In this document: positions 37,021 through 45,444 of the stretch, piece after piece
How the letters are laid out: each line of letters starts with the position of its first letter
Position numbering within the stretch: position 1 is the first letter of the stretch
Source of the DNA: Pseudohongiellaceae bacterium
Lineage (GTDB): Bacteria; Planctomycetota; B15-G4
Length of the DNA stretch: 46,778 bases
Reading direction: 5' to 3'
NCBI GenBank assembly: GCA_047638635.1
Contig: JBLIMM010000002.1
Span: 1-46,778, forward strand
Made by a program: the position numbers and the translations under genes
Notes under the pieces: generated by a model
The model's input: the letters and a program-made list of their open reading frames with translations, nothing else
Databases searched by the model: none
What the model was told of the DNA's origin: nothing

Positions 37021-39417
37021 GTGACAAGTGACACGCTGAGCGATGACACGCTCCTGGTGGATATCCCGCAGGTCGAGGGCTTTCCTCTGCTGCCCCCGTG
37101 CTTGCTGGTTGGATTTCTGGGGCGTGGTGCCATGGGTACCGTGTATTACGGCCACCATCTGCGTCTCGAGATTGAAGTTGCAGTCAAGTGCCTGAGTCCC
37201 GAAGTCGCCGCCTCGCCCGGTTCGTGGGTGTTGCGATTTCAGCGTGAGGCGTCCTTGGCGGCTCGCGTCAGTCACCAGAACCTCGTGCGCTCCTACGACG
37301 TCTTGCGATATCAGGATCTCTGCTATCTGGTCATGGAGCTGGTTCGAGGTGAGAACTTGCGCCAGTGGGTGCAGCGCGCGGGAGCTATGGGGGCAGATGC
37401 TGCGGTAGCTGTCGTGGCCCAGGCCGCTGCCGGGCTTGCTGCGGCGCACTCAGAGGGGATCGTTCACAGGGACATCAAGCCGGACAACGTGCTGATCTCC
37501 ACGGATGGCGCGGTGAAGGTGGCTGATCTGGGACTGGCTAAGGCGCTCATTGGGTTGCCCGACCAAGGCGTCTCCACCTTGGGCACAGCGACCATGGGTA
37601 CGCCGCTGTACATGGCGCCTGAGCAGTGGGGTGATGTGAGCTCGGTCGGCCCTCAGGCAGATGTTTTCGCGCTGGGGGCCACCCTCTGGTTCCTTCTCGT
37701 TGGGTCGGATGCGCGATCCCAATCCAGTCTGCGGCAACTGATCCGGGAGGCTGTTTCCGAACCATTCCCGGACGTGAGGAAACACCGAGACGACGTTCCC
37801 GACGATCTAGCGCTGGTCGTAGCCAAGGCCACGGCTGTGGACCCCAGTGCGCGGTACGCGGACGGGGGCGAGTTTCTCCGTGCCCTACAAGCCATCCAAG
37901 TTTCTCGTTCGGGACCTCCCCAGGCGCCAGCCAGGTCGAAGCCTTGGACCCCTCCCTCTATGGGGCCGACTCCGGCTGTCCTGCAGTTGGCAAAGGCAGC
38001 TCTCTCGTCGCGGCAGTTGGATCCTGCGGATTACGGTGACCAGGACTTACGCTCAGCCGACGGAGAACCCGATGCGGAGGCGACCGATGCTAGGGACGCA
38101 GGCCAGCAGACCGCTTCCCCCACACGGTCTACATGGATCGCCGTCTCCCTGCTCATCGTCGTGATCGTCTCGGGCTATTGGGCGATTGCCGGTGGAGACG
38201 GCGCCCCGATGAGGCAAGGAGAGATTGTCGTTCAACCGCCGATCGTCCGATCTGCGGCTGAGCTGGAAATGAGGCAAGTCCTCGAATCACGTGTCGCAGT
38301 GAGTTGGGACCGGATGCCCGTGGACCAAGCGCTTCAGGAGCTAGCCGACAAGGCGGGCTTTGCTCTGCACCGTGACACGAGTACCTATGAGGCTGAGCTG
38401 ATCGACAACGGTGATGAGTGGCCTAGGATCTCGATTGAAGGTGTCGCTCCGATAACTCAGTTGGTCGACCTTCTCTGCGACGCTGCCGAGGCTAGCGGCG
38501 ATTTGTTCTGGTGGCTTGATCCACCGCACCTCGTTGTGAGCGACGAGGTGCCTGCGATGGATCTTCACTTCTTCGGCATCACACCGCTTACGTCGATCGA
38601 GGGCTTTAGCTCGAATGAGATCATTGATCTCGTTCGTGAGAACGTCCGGCCTTACGACTGGGATTGTAGCGACGCCTACAATATTGATGCCCCGGACGAT
38701 CGGCGTCTACTGGTCACTCACGAGCCCCGTGTGCTGGAGCAGATCTCGTTGTTTCTGAACCGGCTGCTGCATGTTGACCCCGCTCGAGAGCGCTCATTGG
38801 TGGAAGTCCCTCTGGCCCTGTACGGCCAAGCCGCCGCGCCGATTCCCGAGGAGGGCATCACGGTCGGCCAGCTCGCGCGAGACCTAGCGGACCTCCTTGG
38901 CATGGCGTTACACACCGCGCTCGACGACGAAGAGGCAGCCCTCTACCTGGAGCAGCTCGTCGTCTCAGATCGGGTCGAGGCGACGGTGGAGGATCGGTTG
39001 AAGGAAATCGGGAAGCAGACGGATCTACAGCTCGATGTGGGGGCGGAGATTCTCACGCTCTCAGTCGATGGGGCTGCGGAATACCTGCTTGTTCTCTACG
39101 ACGTCTCGCAGTTGGCGCTCGATCAGCTCTCGTTGCGCGAAGTGGTCTTCAATCTTCTGCCATCGGGGACTGATGCGGTGTCATTCTCTGATGGGGTGGA
39201 GGTAGACCCGCCGCTGCTCGTCCCAGAGGACTCCCTGCAGTCTCTGATCCAAGATAACGTGATGCCAGACTCGTGGTACGACGATCCCGAGCAGACCATC
39301 ACGCAGTTTGACGACACCTTTGCCGTCGTGGCGCCGGTGGAGGTGCACCGCAAGATCTTAGAGATGTTGGATGCGTGGGCAGCTATCGACGCTGAGGAAA
39401 GCGGGAACGGCGGCTGA
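37021..39417 (+). CDS. Membrane Ser/Thr protein kinase with one TM helix and a ~400-aa extracytoplasmic region built from two related modules
   Basis: 798 aa, GTG start. Motifs: GRGAMGTVYYG, VAVKCL, HRDIKPDNVLIS, DLGLAK and GTPLYMAPEQ. TM helix: WIAVSLLIVVIVSGYWAIAG (about nt 38134-38193). The C-terminal part is described in the findings. Confidence 0.9.
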   Translation: MTSDTLSDDTLLVDIPQVEGFPLLPPCLLVGFLGRGAMGTVYYGHHLRLEIEVAVKCLSPEVAASPGSWVLRFQREASLAARVSHQNLVRSYDVLRYQDLCYLVMELVRGENLRQWVQRAGAMGADAAVAVVAQAAAGLAAAHSEGIVHRDIKPDNVLISTDGAVKVADLGLAKALIGLPDQGVSTLGTATMGTPLYMAPEQWGDVSSVGPQADVFALGATLWFLLVGSDARSQSSLRQLIREAVSEPFPDVRKHRDDVPDDLALVVAKATAVDPSARYADGGEFLRALQAIQVSRSGPPQAPARSKPWTPPSMGPTPAVLQLAKAALSSRQLDPADYGDQDLRSADGEPDAEATDARDAGQQTASPTRSTWIAVSLLIVVIVSGYWAIAGGDGAPMRQGEIVVQPPIVRSAAELEMRQVLESRVAVSWDRMPVDQALQELADKAGFALHRDTSTYEAELIDNGDEWPRISIEGVAPITQLVDLLCDAAEASGDLFWWLDPPHLVVSDEVPAMDLHFFGITPLTSIEGFSSNEIIDLVRENVRPYDWDCSDAYNIDAPDDRRLLVTHEPRVLEQISLFLNRLLHVDPARERSLVEVPLALYGQAAAPIPEEGITVGQLARDLADLLGMALHTALDDEEAALYLEQLVVSDRVEATVEDRLKEIGKQTDLQLDVGAEILTLSVDGAAEYLLVLYDVSQLALDQLSLREVVFNLLPSGTDAVSFSDGVEVDPPLLVPEDSLQSLIQDNVMPDSWYDDPEQTITQFDDTFAVVAPVEVHRKILEMLDAWAAIDAEESGNGG

Positions 39418-39601
39418 GCCCTCCTGGTCTGAAGTAAGGGACGAGCCGAACTGTCATTCGTCGAAGAGACTCACCTAGCATCAGACCGTGACGAGTCGCT
39501 GTGGGGGCGACCAAGCTCAGGCTGTGATCGCGCACAACGGTCGCCATCCTCCCAGACCCCAACCTGTGACCGGCGGAGCCCGTCGGATACCGTAAGTCGC
39601 C

Positions 39602-41203
39602 ATGTCCCAACGTGCTGATCGTGGCTTCTTACGTTCGGCGCGGGTTGTCTCCTCGCTGACCCTCGTTTCGCGAGTGATGGGTTTGTTGCGCGATGCGGCC
39701 ATGGCCCACGTGCTCGGGGCTGGGGTGGTCAACGATGCGCTGACCTTCGCCTGGACCGTCCCCAACGCCTTTCGGCGCCTGTTTGGCGAGGGGGCTTTGA
39801 GCTCGGCGTTTGTGCCGGTGTTTACCAAGGTGCTCGACGAACACGGGCGGGCCCGGGCGCGGCAGGTGTCCAACCAGGTCATTTCGGGGTTGGGGCTGGG
39901 GCTGCTGGTTCTCTCCGTGGTGCTGATCGTGTTGGTGGGGATGATCCCTGAGGCCTGGCTCGAGTCTTGGGTGGGTGGGGCTGAGCCAGGGAAGGCCCAG
40001 CTGATCGCGTCCTTCTGCCAGTTGCTGCTGCCTTACCTGGCGGTCATCTGCGTGGTGGCCCAGTTTATGGCCGTGCTGAACTCTCTGGGCGAGTTCGCCG
40101 TGCCAGCCTTTGCGCCGGTGATTCTCAATGTGATCTGGCTGCTGGGTGTCATCGGCGCGGCGGTGTGGGGGGCGCAGTCGAACCTCGAAGACCCTCGGGA
40201 AGCCCAGGGGTTCATCATTGTCTGCACGATCTTGGTGGCGGCTTGCGTGCAGTTCGCCTGGCATCTGCCGAAGATGGCGGCGCTGGGAGTGGGTTTTCGA
40301 CTGACCCGCCCGCGCTTGGGCCCGGAGCTGCGGGCGGTGGCCACGGCCATGGGCCCCATGCTCTTGGGCATGGGCGCGGCCCAGCTGAACGTGATGGCTG
40401 ATCGCAGCATCGCCATCGCCATGCTGCCCACGGGGGGCACGACCCACATTTACTACGCCATGCGCATCCAGCAGTTCCCCATGGGACTGGTGACCATGGC
40501 CATCGTGACCGCGGTCTACCCCATGTTGGCCCGACTCATGGCCCGGGACGATCACCGCGGGGTGGCTGCCACCGCCGGACTCGCCCTGCGCAGCAATCTG
40601 CTCATCGCTTTGCCCGCAGCCGTGGGACTTGTTCTGCTGGCTCACCCCATTGTGACGCTGCTCTTCGAGCGGGGGCAGTTCGGCCCCGACAGCTCAGTGC
40701 TGACGGCGGGGGCGCTCGCTGGTTACGCGGCCGGGATCCCCTTTGCGGGCACGGTGATGCTGCTCACTCGGGCTTGCTACGCCACCGGCGACGTGAAGTT
40801 CCCCGTGCGGGTGGGGCTGTCCATGGTGCTGGTGAACGTGTCCCTCGACCTGGCTCTGGTGGGCCCTCTCGGCGAGCTGGGCTTGGCCTGCGCCACGTCG
40901 GTCACCACCGTGTTCACCGCGATCTGGCTCATGGTTGGCGTGCGGCGGCGCTTGGAGCTGCTGCCTGGCGAGCGGCTGCTCACGGGTTTGTTGCCTTCGT
41001 TGCTGGTCGTGGCGCTCATGGGCGCCGTGGTGTCCACCGTCGACTACGGCCTGGTCGCTTGGCTGGGCAACACTCGGGATGTGGCGATCTGGCGCGTTCT
41101 CGCGGGCACTGTGTCGGGCCTCGCGGTGTTCGTGACCCTGGCCCAGCGCCTGTGCCCGAAAGAATGGCAAGAGGTCTCTGGGGTTTGGCGCAAGGGCGAC
41201 TGA
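39602..41203 (+). CDS. murJ: Lipid II flippase MurJ (MviN)
   Basis: 533 aa. Motifs: SLTLVSRVMGLLRDAAMAHVLGAG, DALTFAWTVPNAFRRLFGEGALSSAFVPVF, and a polytopic membrane profile. Confidence 0.9.
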   Translation: MSQRADRGFLRSARVVSSLTLVSRVMGLLRDAAMAHVLGAGVVNDALTFAWTVPNAFRRLFGEGALSSAFVPVFTKVLDEHGRARARQVSNQVISGLGLGLLVLSVVLIVLVGMIPEAWLESWVGGAEPGKAQLIASFCQLLLPYLAVICVVAQFMAVLNSLGEFAVPAFAPVILNVIWLLGVIGAAVWGAQSNLEDPREAQGFIIVCTILVAACVQFAWHLPKMAALGVGFRLTRPRLGPELRAVATAMGPMLLGMGAAQLNVMADRSIAIAMLPTGGTTHIYYAMRIQQFPMGLVTMAIVTAVYPMLARLMARDDHRGVAATAGLALRSNLLIALPAAVGLVLLAHPIVTLLFERGQFGPDSSVLTAGALAGYAAGIPFAGTVMLLTRACYATGDVKFPVRVGLSMVLVNVSLDLALVGPLGELGLACATSVTTVFTAIWLMVGVRRRLELLPGERLLTGLLPSLLVVALMGAVVSTVDYGLVAWLGNTRDVAIWRVLAGTVSGLAVFVTLAQRLCPKEWQEVSGVWRKGD

Positions 41204-41253
41204 CCCCCCGTAGCCCTGCGCCCCACTCCCGGCTGCTACCATGCGCCGCTCTC

Positions 41254-41634
41254 ATGCATCGCGCCCTCGACATCCCCGCCGACTTGCAGCTCTTTGGGCG
41301 CTCCTCCCGCGTGATCGCGGTGATTCGGCCCTTTCGGGTCGACGACGTCATGGCTCGACTGGTGAGCCTGGGGCCCCAAGAGGTGGCCGTTGAGCTCGTG
41401 CGGGGTTACGGACGCCAGAAGGATCACTTGGCTCTTTACGACGAGCACGATATCGACAGCCTGTTTCTGCCCAAGGTGCGCATCGAGTTCATCATTGCGG
41501 GAGAGCGGCTGCGCCAGGCGATCGATGCGGTTTGCGAAGGCGCCCTCACCGGGCGCATCGGCGACGGCAAGATCTTCATCCAGGCGATTGAGCCTGCTGA
41601 GGGCCAGCTGCCGGTCTCGGCGGTGAACTCATGA
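41254..41634 (+). CDS. PII (GlnB/GlnK)-like signal-transduction protein, non-canonical T-loop
   Basis: This is the 3' part of track ORF 40774..41634. I start it at ATG 41254, because the upstream part overlaps murJ out of frame and is Arg/Gly-rich. The core VIAVIRPFRVDDVMARL..VRGYGRQKDHLALYDEHDIDSLFLPKVRIEFII..TGRIGDGKIFIQ aligns with GlnB over its whole length. Confidence 0.8.
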   Translation: MHRALDIPADLQLFGRSSRVIAVIRPFRVDDVMARLVSLGPQEVAVELVRGYGRQKDHLALYDEHDIDSLFLPKVRIEFIIAGERLRQAIDAVCEGALTGRIGDGKIFIQAIEPAEGQLPVSAVNS

Positions 41635-42593
41635 CCGTGGGCGGCTCGAGCTCGGGGGAGGACACACCCGGCAACAAGGACGGGGCCGAGGCCTCTCATA
41701 GGGCGGCGGGCGATTCAGAACGCCCGTCCACCAACCTACGCCCTTCGGATGGCTCGCGGAACCAGCACCCCCAGGCCGCTCCAGACATCTGGGAAGAGCT
41801 CGTCGCCTGCCGCCGCCGGGGAGAGCCCGCTGCCCTGGCCACCATTGTTTCGACCTTGGGTTCGACCCCGGGCAAAGACCCGATGAAGATGCTGGTGCGC
41901 TCGGACGGCAGCTTCGTGGGCTCCGTGGGGGGCGGCTGCCTCGAAGCCGAGGTATGGGAGCATGCCCGTACGGTGATGAACTCCCACCGGGCCATGACCG
42001 TCGATTACAGCCTGACCGAGAAGGACTACCCTGACAGCGGCTTGATCTGTGGCGGCCGCCTTACGGTGTTTATAGAACCTGTGACATCTCCAGAACTTCA
42101 TGTTTTTGGTGCGGGCCATGTAGGCCTGGCCACCGCGCGGCTAGCTGCTGACGCGGGTTTCCGGGTGCTGGTCCACGACGATCGGGCGGACATGCTCGAC
42201 GACGATCGCCTGGGCCCGGGGCTGCTGGCTGTCCCCGGCGAGTACGAAGAGGTGCTCGCTGAAGCCATCCCGGGGGAGGCCTCCCACGTGGTGGTGATGA
42301 CCCGGGGGCACCACGACGACGAACGGGTGCTGCGGGCTCTCTGGAACGCCGGCTGCAAACCACGCTTCTTGGGCATGATCGGCAGTCGCTCGAAGCGCAA
42401 GGTGCTTTGGGACCGTCTCGCGGCCGAGGGCTTGGCCCACGATTGGCTCGACGCAGTGGTCTCTCCCGTGGGATTGCCCATTGGCGCACGGACCGCTGCG
42501 GAGATTGCCGTGTCGGTGGTGGCTCAGCTCATCGCGGGCGTCCGAGGAGCTTCTCGGGCTGCTCCCGAGCCGAACAGTCAGCGAGCATCTTGA
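41631..42593 (+). CDS. XdhC/CoxI-family protein (molybdoenzyme maturation-type accessory factor fold)
   Basis: 320 aa, with an ATGA overlap with the PII-like gene. N-domain: ALATIVSTLGSTPGKDPMKMLVRSDGSFVGSVGGGCLEAEV. Rossmann-like C-domain: LHVFGAGHVGLATARLAADAGFRVLVHDDR..VVVMTRGHHDDERVL..FLGMIGSRSK. It has a ~50-aa low-complexity N-terminal extension. Confidence 0.85.
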   Translation: MTVGGSSSGEDTPGNKDGAEASHRAAGDSERPSTNLRPSDGSRNQHPQAAPDIWEELVACRRRGEPAALATIVSTLGSTPGKDPMKMLVRSDGSFVGSVGGGCLEAEVWEHARTVMNSHRAMTVDYSLTEKDYPDSGLICGGRLTVFIEPVTSPELHVFGAGHVGLATARLAADAGFRVLVHDDRADMLDDDRLGPGLLAVPGEYEEVLAEAIPGEASHVVVMTRGHHDDERVLRALWNAGCKPRFLGMIGSRSKRKVLWDRLAAEGLAHDWLDAVVSPVGLPIGARTAAEIAVSVVAQLIAGVRGASRAAPEPNSQRAS

Positions 42594-42703
42594 CCCTTCT
42601 CGCAGCACCCCAGTAACCTCTTAGGGTTCTGGACCTAGTGTGGTGCGGCAGCGCGGTGGTTGATCGCGCCTTGCACCACTCAGCTACAACACCGGAGTTC
42701 CCC

Positions 42704-43804
42704 GTGACGCCTCGCTGTCTGCTCTTGCCCCTCGCTGTGGCCCTCTTGGCGCTTCCCGCCTTGGCCGACACCCTCGTGCTCACCAGCGGACGTGAGGTCA
42801 ACTGCCGCATCAAGAGCGAGAGCTACGAGAAGATCGAGTTCCAGACGCCCGGTGTGCGCTCGACTCAGTCTGAGGACACGGCCGACGTGGCCTCGGTCAC
42901 CTACGGCAGCAAGTCCCCTGAGTATCGCAAGGGCGATGAGCTCGCTCAGGCTGGCCAAATGGGAGAGGCTGCCGGTTTCTACCTGACGGCGTCTGACGAC
43001 GAAGATGCCGAGGATCACCAACGGGCCACGGCACTGATGAACGCTTGCGACGCGTTGCTCTCCAACAACAACTTCGCTGAGGCGAACGAGTTCTTGGGTG
43101 AGCTCTTGCGCAAGTACCCGACGACGCGGCACCTGGCGCCAGCGCTGTTGGGCCGCGGCACTGCCTTGATCAAGACGGGCAAGTTCAGCGAGGCCGACGA
43201 GGTCTTTCAGGAGCTCAAGGCGGACGCAGCCGAAAAGGGCCTGGGCGAGCGTTGGGGCCACGAAGCAAACTTCTACCTGCTCTGGTCTGCAGAGGCCCAG
43301 CAGAAGAGCGGTGTGGTGGACGGCTACAAGCAGCTGCGATCCATGACCAAGAGTGACTACCCGGGCATCTCCAACAAGTGCGCCTTGCGCTTGGGTCGGG
43401 TGCACCTCGACGAGAATCGTGTGGCCGAAGCTGAGACGATGTTCCAAGAGATCATTGGCAGCCGGCTTGAGACCAACGGGGCGATCGTGGCGGGGGCCTA
43501 CAACGGTCGCGGTCGCTGTCAGTTCGGTCGGGCCATCGGCAGCCTGTCTGCTGGGGACAGCGAGCGATCCATCGAGTTCTTTCAGGATGCGCTGAAGGAT
43601 TTCTTGCGTGTCCACGTGAGCTACCCCGGTATTCGTGCGGAGCAGGCTGAGGCGCTGTACTTCGGCGGTCAGTCCTTCATCAACCTGGCTGACTTGAACG
43701 CCGAGATCGAGGACGCGCGGAACAATGGTCGCGTGTTGCTGAAGCGTTGCCAGGTGGGCTTCGGGGGCACCGAGTGGGCCGCCAAAGCCGGCAAAGAACT
43801 CTGA
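42704..43804 (+). CDS. Secreted TPR-repeat protein
   Basis: Track ORF 42638..43804. I prefer GTG 42704, which has GGAG 7 nt upstream. This gives VTPRCLLLPLAVALLALPALA|DT, a signal peptide. The rest is helical-repeat (TPR-like) sequence with no enzymatic motif. Confidence 0.7.
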   Translation: MTPRCLLLPLAVALLALPALADTLVLTSGREVNCRIKSESYEKIEFQTPGVRSTQSEDTADVASVTYGSKSPEYRKGDELAQAGQMGEAAGFYLTASDDEDAEDHQRATALMNACDALLSNNNFAEANEFLGELLRKYPTTRHLAPALLGRGTALIKTGKFSEADEVFQELKADAAEKGLGERWGHEANFYLLWSAEAQQKSGVVDGYKQLRSMTKSDYPGISNKCALRLGRVHLDENRVAEAETMFQEIIGSRLETNGAIVAGAYNGRGRCQFGRAIGSLSAGDSERSIEFFQDALKDFLRVHVSYPGIRAEQAEALYFGGQSFINLADLNAEIEDARNNGRVLLKRCQVGFGGTEWAAKAGKEL

Positions 43805-43838
43805 GCGAAACGAGAGTGGCGCGAAGCGGCCCGCTGCG

Positions 43839-44498
43839 ATGATCTTCAAGAACTACAGGGTCGACTCTCTGGCGCGCCAGACGTGGGGGAATCACTTCCA
43901 TTGGGGCTTCGTCACAGGCGTCCTGCGCGCTGTTTTGCGCTCGGTGTTTCGGGTGAGCACCGCCGACATCAAGACGGTGCCCGAAGGAGCCTTGATCGTT
44001 GCGCCAAACCACCGTTCGTTTCTCGACCCAGCGCTGGTGGGTTCGCTGCTCGATCGCCGCGTGATCTTCATGATGCACGCGAAGTACTACGACAGCCCGA
44101 AGCTGAACTGGTGCTACCGCATGGCCCGCTGCATCGTGGTCGAGGGCGAAGGGGATAACCGCAAAGCACTGCGGGACGGTAAGGCTGTACTCGAAGCGGG
44201 GCACGCCCTGTGCATCTTCCCTGAAGGCACCATTTCTCCAGATGGTGAACCCCAAGCGGCTCAGCCAGGCATGGCCTGGCTGGCGCGCAAAACGGGCGCG
44301 CCGATTCTGCCCGTGCACGTGGGCGGGACTCGGGAGGCCTTGACCAAGGGCCGCCGGGGAGTGCGCTTCTCGCCGATCACTGTTCGTGTGGGCGAGCTGA
44401 TCGACCAAGCAGATTTCGTTCCTGGGCGGGCGGGAGCAGAGGCTCTCACGGCATCCGTGATGGAAGCCATCGCCGATTTGGCGCCGCCGTCTGAGTGA
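43839..44498 (+). CDS. plsC: 1-acyl-sn-glycerol-3-phosphate (lysophospholipid) acyltransferase
   Basis: 219 aa. Motifs: APNHRSFLDP (HX4D), CIFPEGT and PILPVHV. Confidence 0.85.
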   Translation: MIFKNYRVDSLARQTWGNHFHWGFVTGVLRAVLRSVFRVSTADIKTVPEGALIVAPNHRSFLDPALVGSLLDRRVIFMMHAKYYDSPKLNWCYRMARCIVVEGEGDNRKALRDGKAVLEAGHALCIFPEGTISPDGEPQAAQPGMAWLARKTGAPILPVHVGGTREALTKGRRGVRFSPITVRVGELIDQADFVPGRAGAEALTASVMEAIADLAPPSE

Positions 44499-44715
44499 GG
44501 CGATCTTGCCCGGAAGTCCTGGGTTTCGTTCGCTGAAGTTCAGCCTGAGCATTCTGACTTTGGCCCCGTCTGACGAGCCCGTTGGCTTTGTCCATTGGTG
44601 CGTTACTCAGGAGGCATGGCGACGACTCTCCACTTGCCTGCCATGGCGGTGGGTCGACGTGCTCGGGTTGCGTCGGTGGTGCGACAGCCATGAGACTCTC
44701 CACGGGAGCGACTGT

Positions 44716-45204
44716 ATGGGCACGAAAGATGGCGAGGACGCCGGGGCTGTTCATTGGCTCGATGAAGGTCTGCGTCGCAGGCTGGCCGCCCATGCTCGGC
44801 GCTACGTGGGTGACGCTAGCGAGGCTGAGGACATCGCCCAAGAGACCTTGATGCGCGTAGACAAGTCTTGGCACCGACTGCGCACTCGGGGCCGCATTGA
44901 GGCTTGGATGTTTCGCATCTGTCGCCACGCCGCTATCGACTACGTCCGCGCTCGGAAAGTACGTCGGGGTGTGTGGGGCTCCATGCCCGAAGACGCTGAG
45001 GTCTGGGGTTTGGTGACGCACGAGCAAGGGGCGGCTGTGTCCGAACTCGACGACGGAGGGCTGTCCGCCTCCCAGCGACTGCTCTTGGGGCTGCATTACG
45101 AGAAGGGGCTTTCTCAACCCGATATCTGCAGCATGACTGGGTTGAGTGCTCCTGCGCTGCGGGTGCGCCTCTTTCGAGCTCGCCGTGCCCTGCGCCAGAT
45201 GTAG
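44716..45204 (+). CDS. ECF-type RNA polymerase sigma-70 family factor
   Basis: Track ORF 44506..45204. I start it at ATG 44716, which has GGGAG 7 nt upstream. Region 2: AEDIAQETLMRVDKSWHRL..EAWMFRICRHAAIDYVRAR. Region 4: LSASQRLLLGLHYEKGLSQPDICSMTGLSAPALRVRLFRARRALRQM. The upstream 70 codons are not protein-like. Confidence 0.85.
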   Translation: MGTKDGEDAGAVHWLDEGLRRRLAAHARRYVGDASEAEDIAQETLMRVDKSWHRLRTRGRIEAWMFRICRHAAIDYVRARKVRRGVWGSMPEDAEVWGLVTHEQGAAVSELDDGGLSASQRLLLGLHYEKGLSQPDICSMTGLSAPALRVRLFRARRALRQM

Positions 45205-45261
45205 GTCGCCATTGTGCGCCGAATCCGAGTGAGCTGGGAGTTCTGCGGGAGACGGACGTGC

Positions 45262-45283
45262 GACGCCCGAGGGGCGTCTCTTT
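45262..45283 (+). terminator. Weak terminator candidate after the sigma factor gene
   Basis: GACGCCC-GAG-GGGCGTC (7-bp stem, 3-nt loop) followed by TCTTT. It lies 58 nt after the stop. Confidence 0.35.
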
Positions 45284-45444
45284 GCGGAGATTCGCGGCTT
45301 CTCGGGGCTCAACTCGGCATGGGATTCTCCGAGACCATAAAGACGATAGCTGGCCACGGTCGATAGGAGAGCCCGTGGGTGCTGCGAGCCGCTGTGGCGA
45401 GGCCCTGTTGAGCCGTTTGGCATAAACCTGGAGACGCGTGCACC

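Noticed and set aside
35959-37449. 496-aa minus-strand ORF spanning the dehydrogenase, the terminator and the kinase start
   Set aside because: It crosses an intergenic terminator hairpin and two well-supported plus-strand genes, and it has no motifs. It is a shadow ORF.
40774-41253. Upstream 160 codons of the 286-aa track ORF that ends with the PII-like domain
   Set aside because: This part overlaps the murJ 3' end in another frame and is Arg/Gly/Ala-rich. PII homology begins only after the internal ATG at 41254, which lies 50 nt past the murJ stop.
42680-43849. 389-aa minus-strand ORF (also 39629..40645, 44446..45660 and 45865..46461)
   Set aside because: These are antisense to the TPR protein, murJ, the sigma factor and the sugar transferase respectively. 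They have no motifs and a skewed composition.
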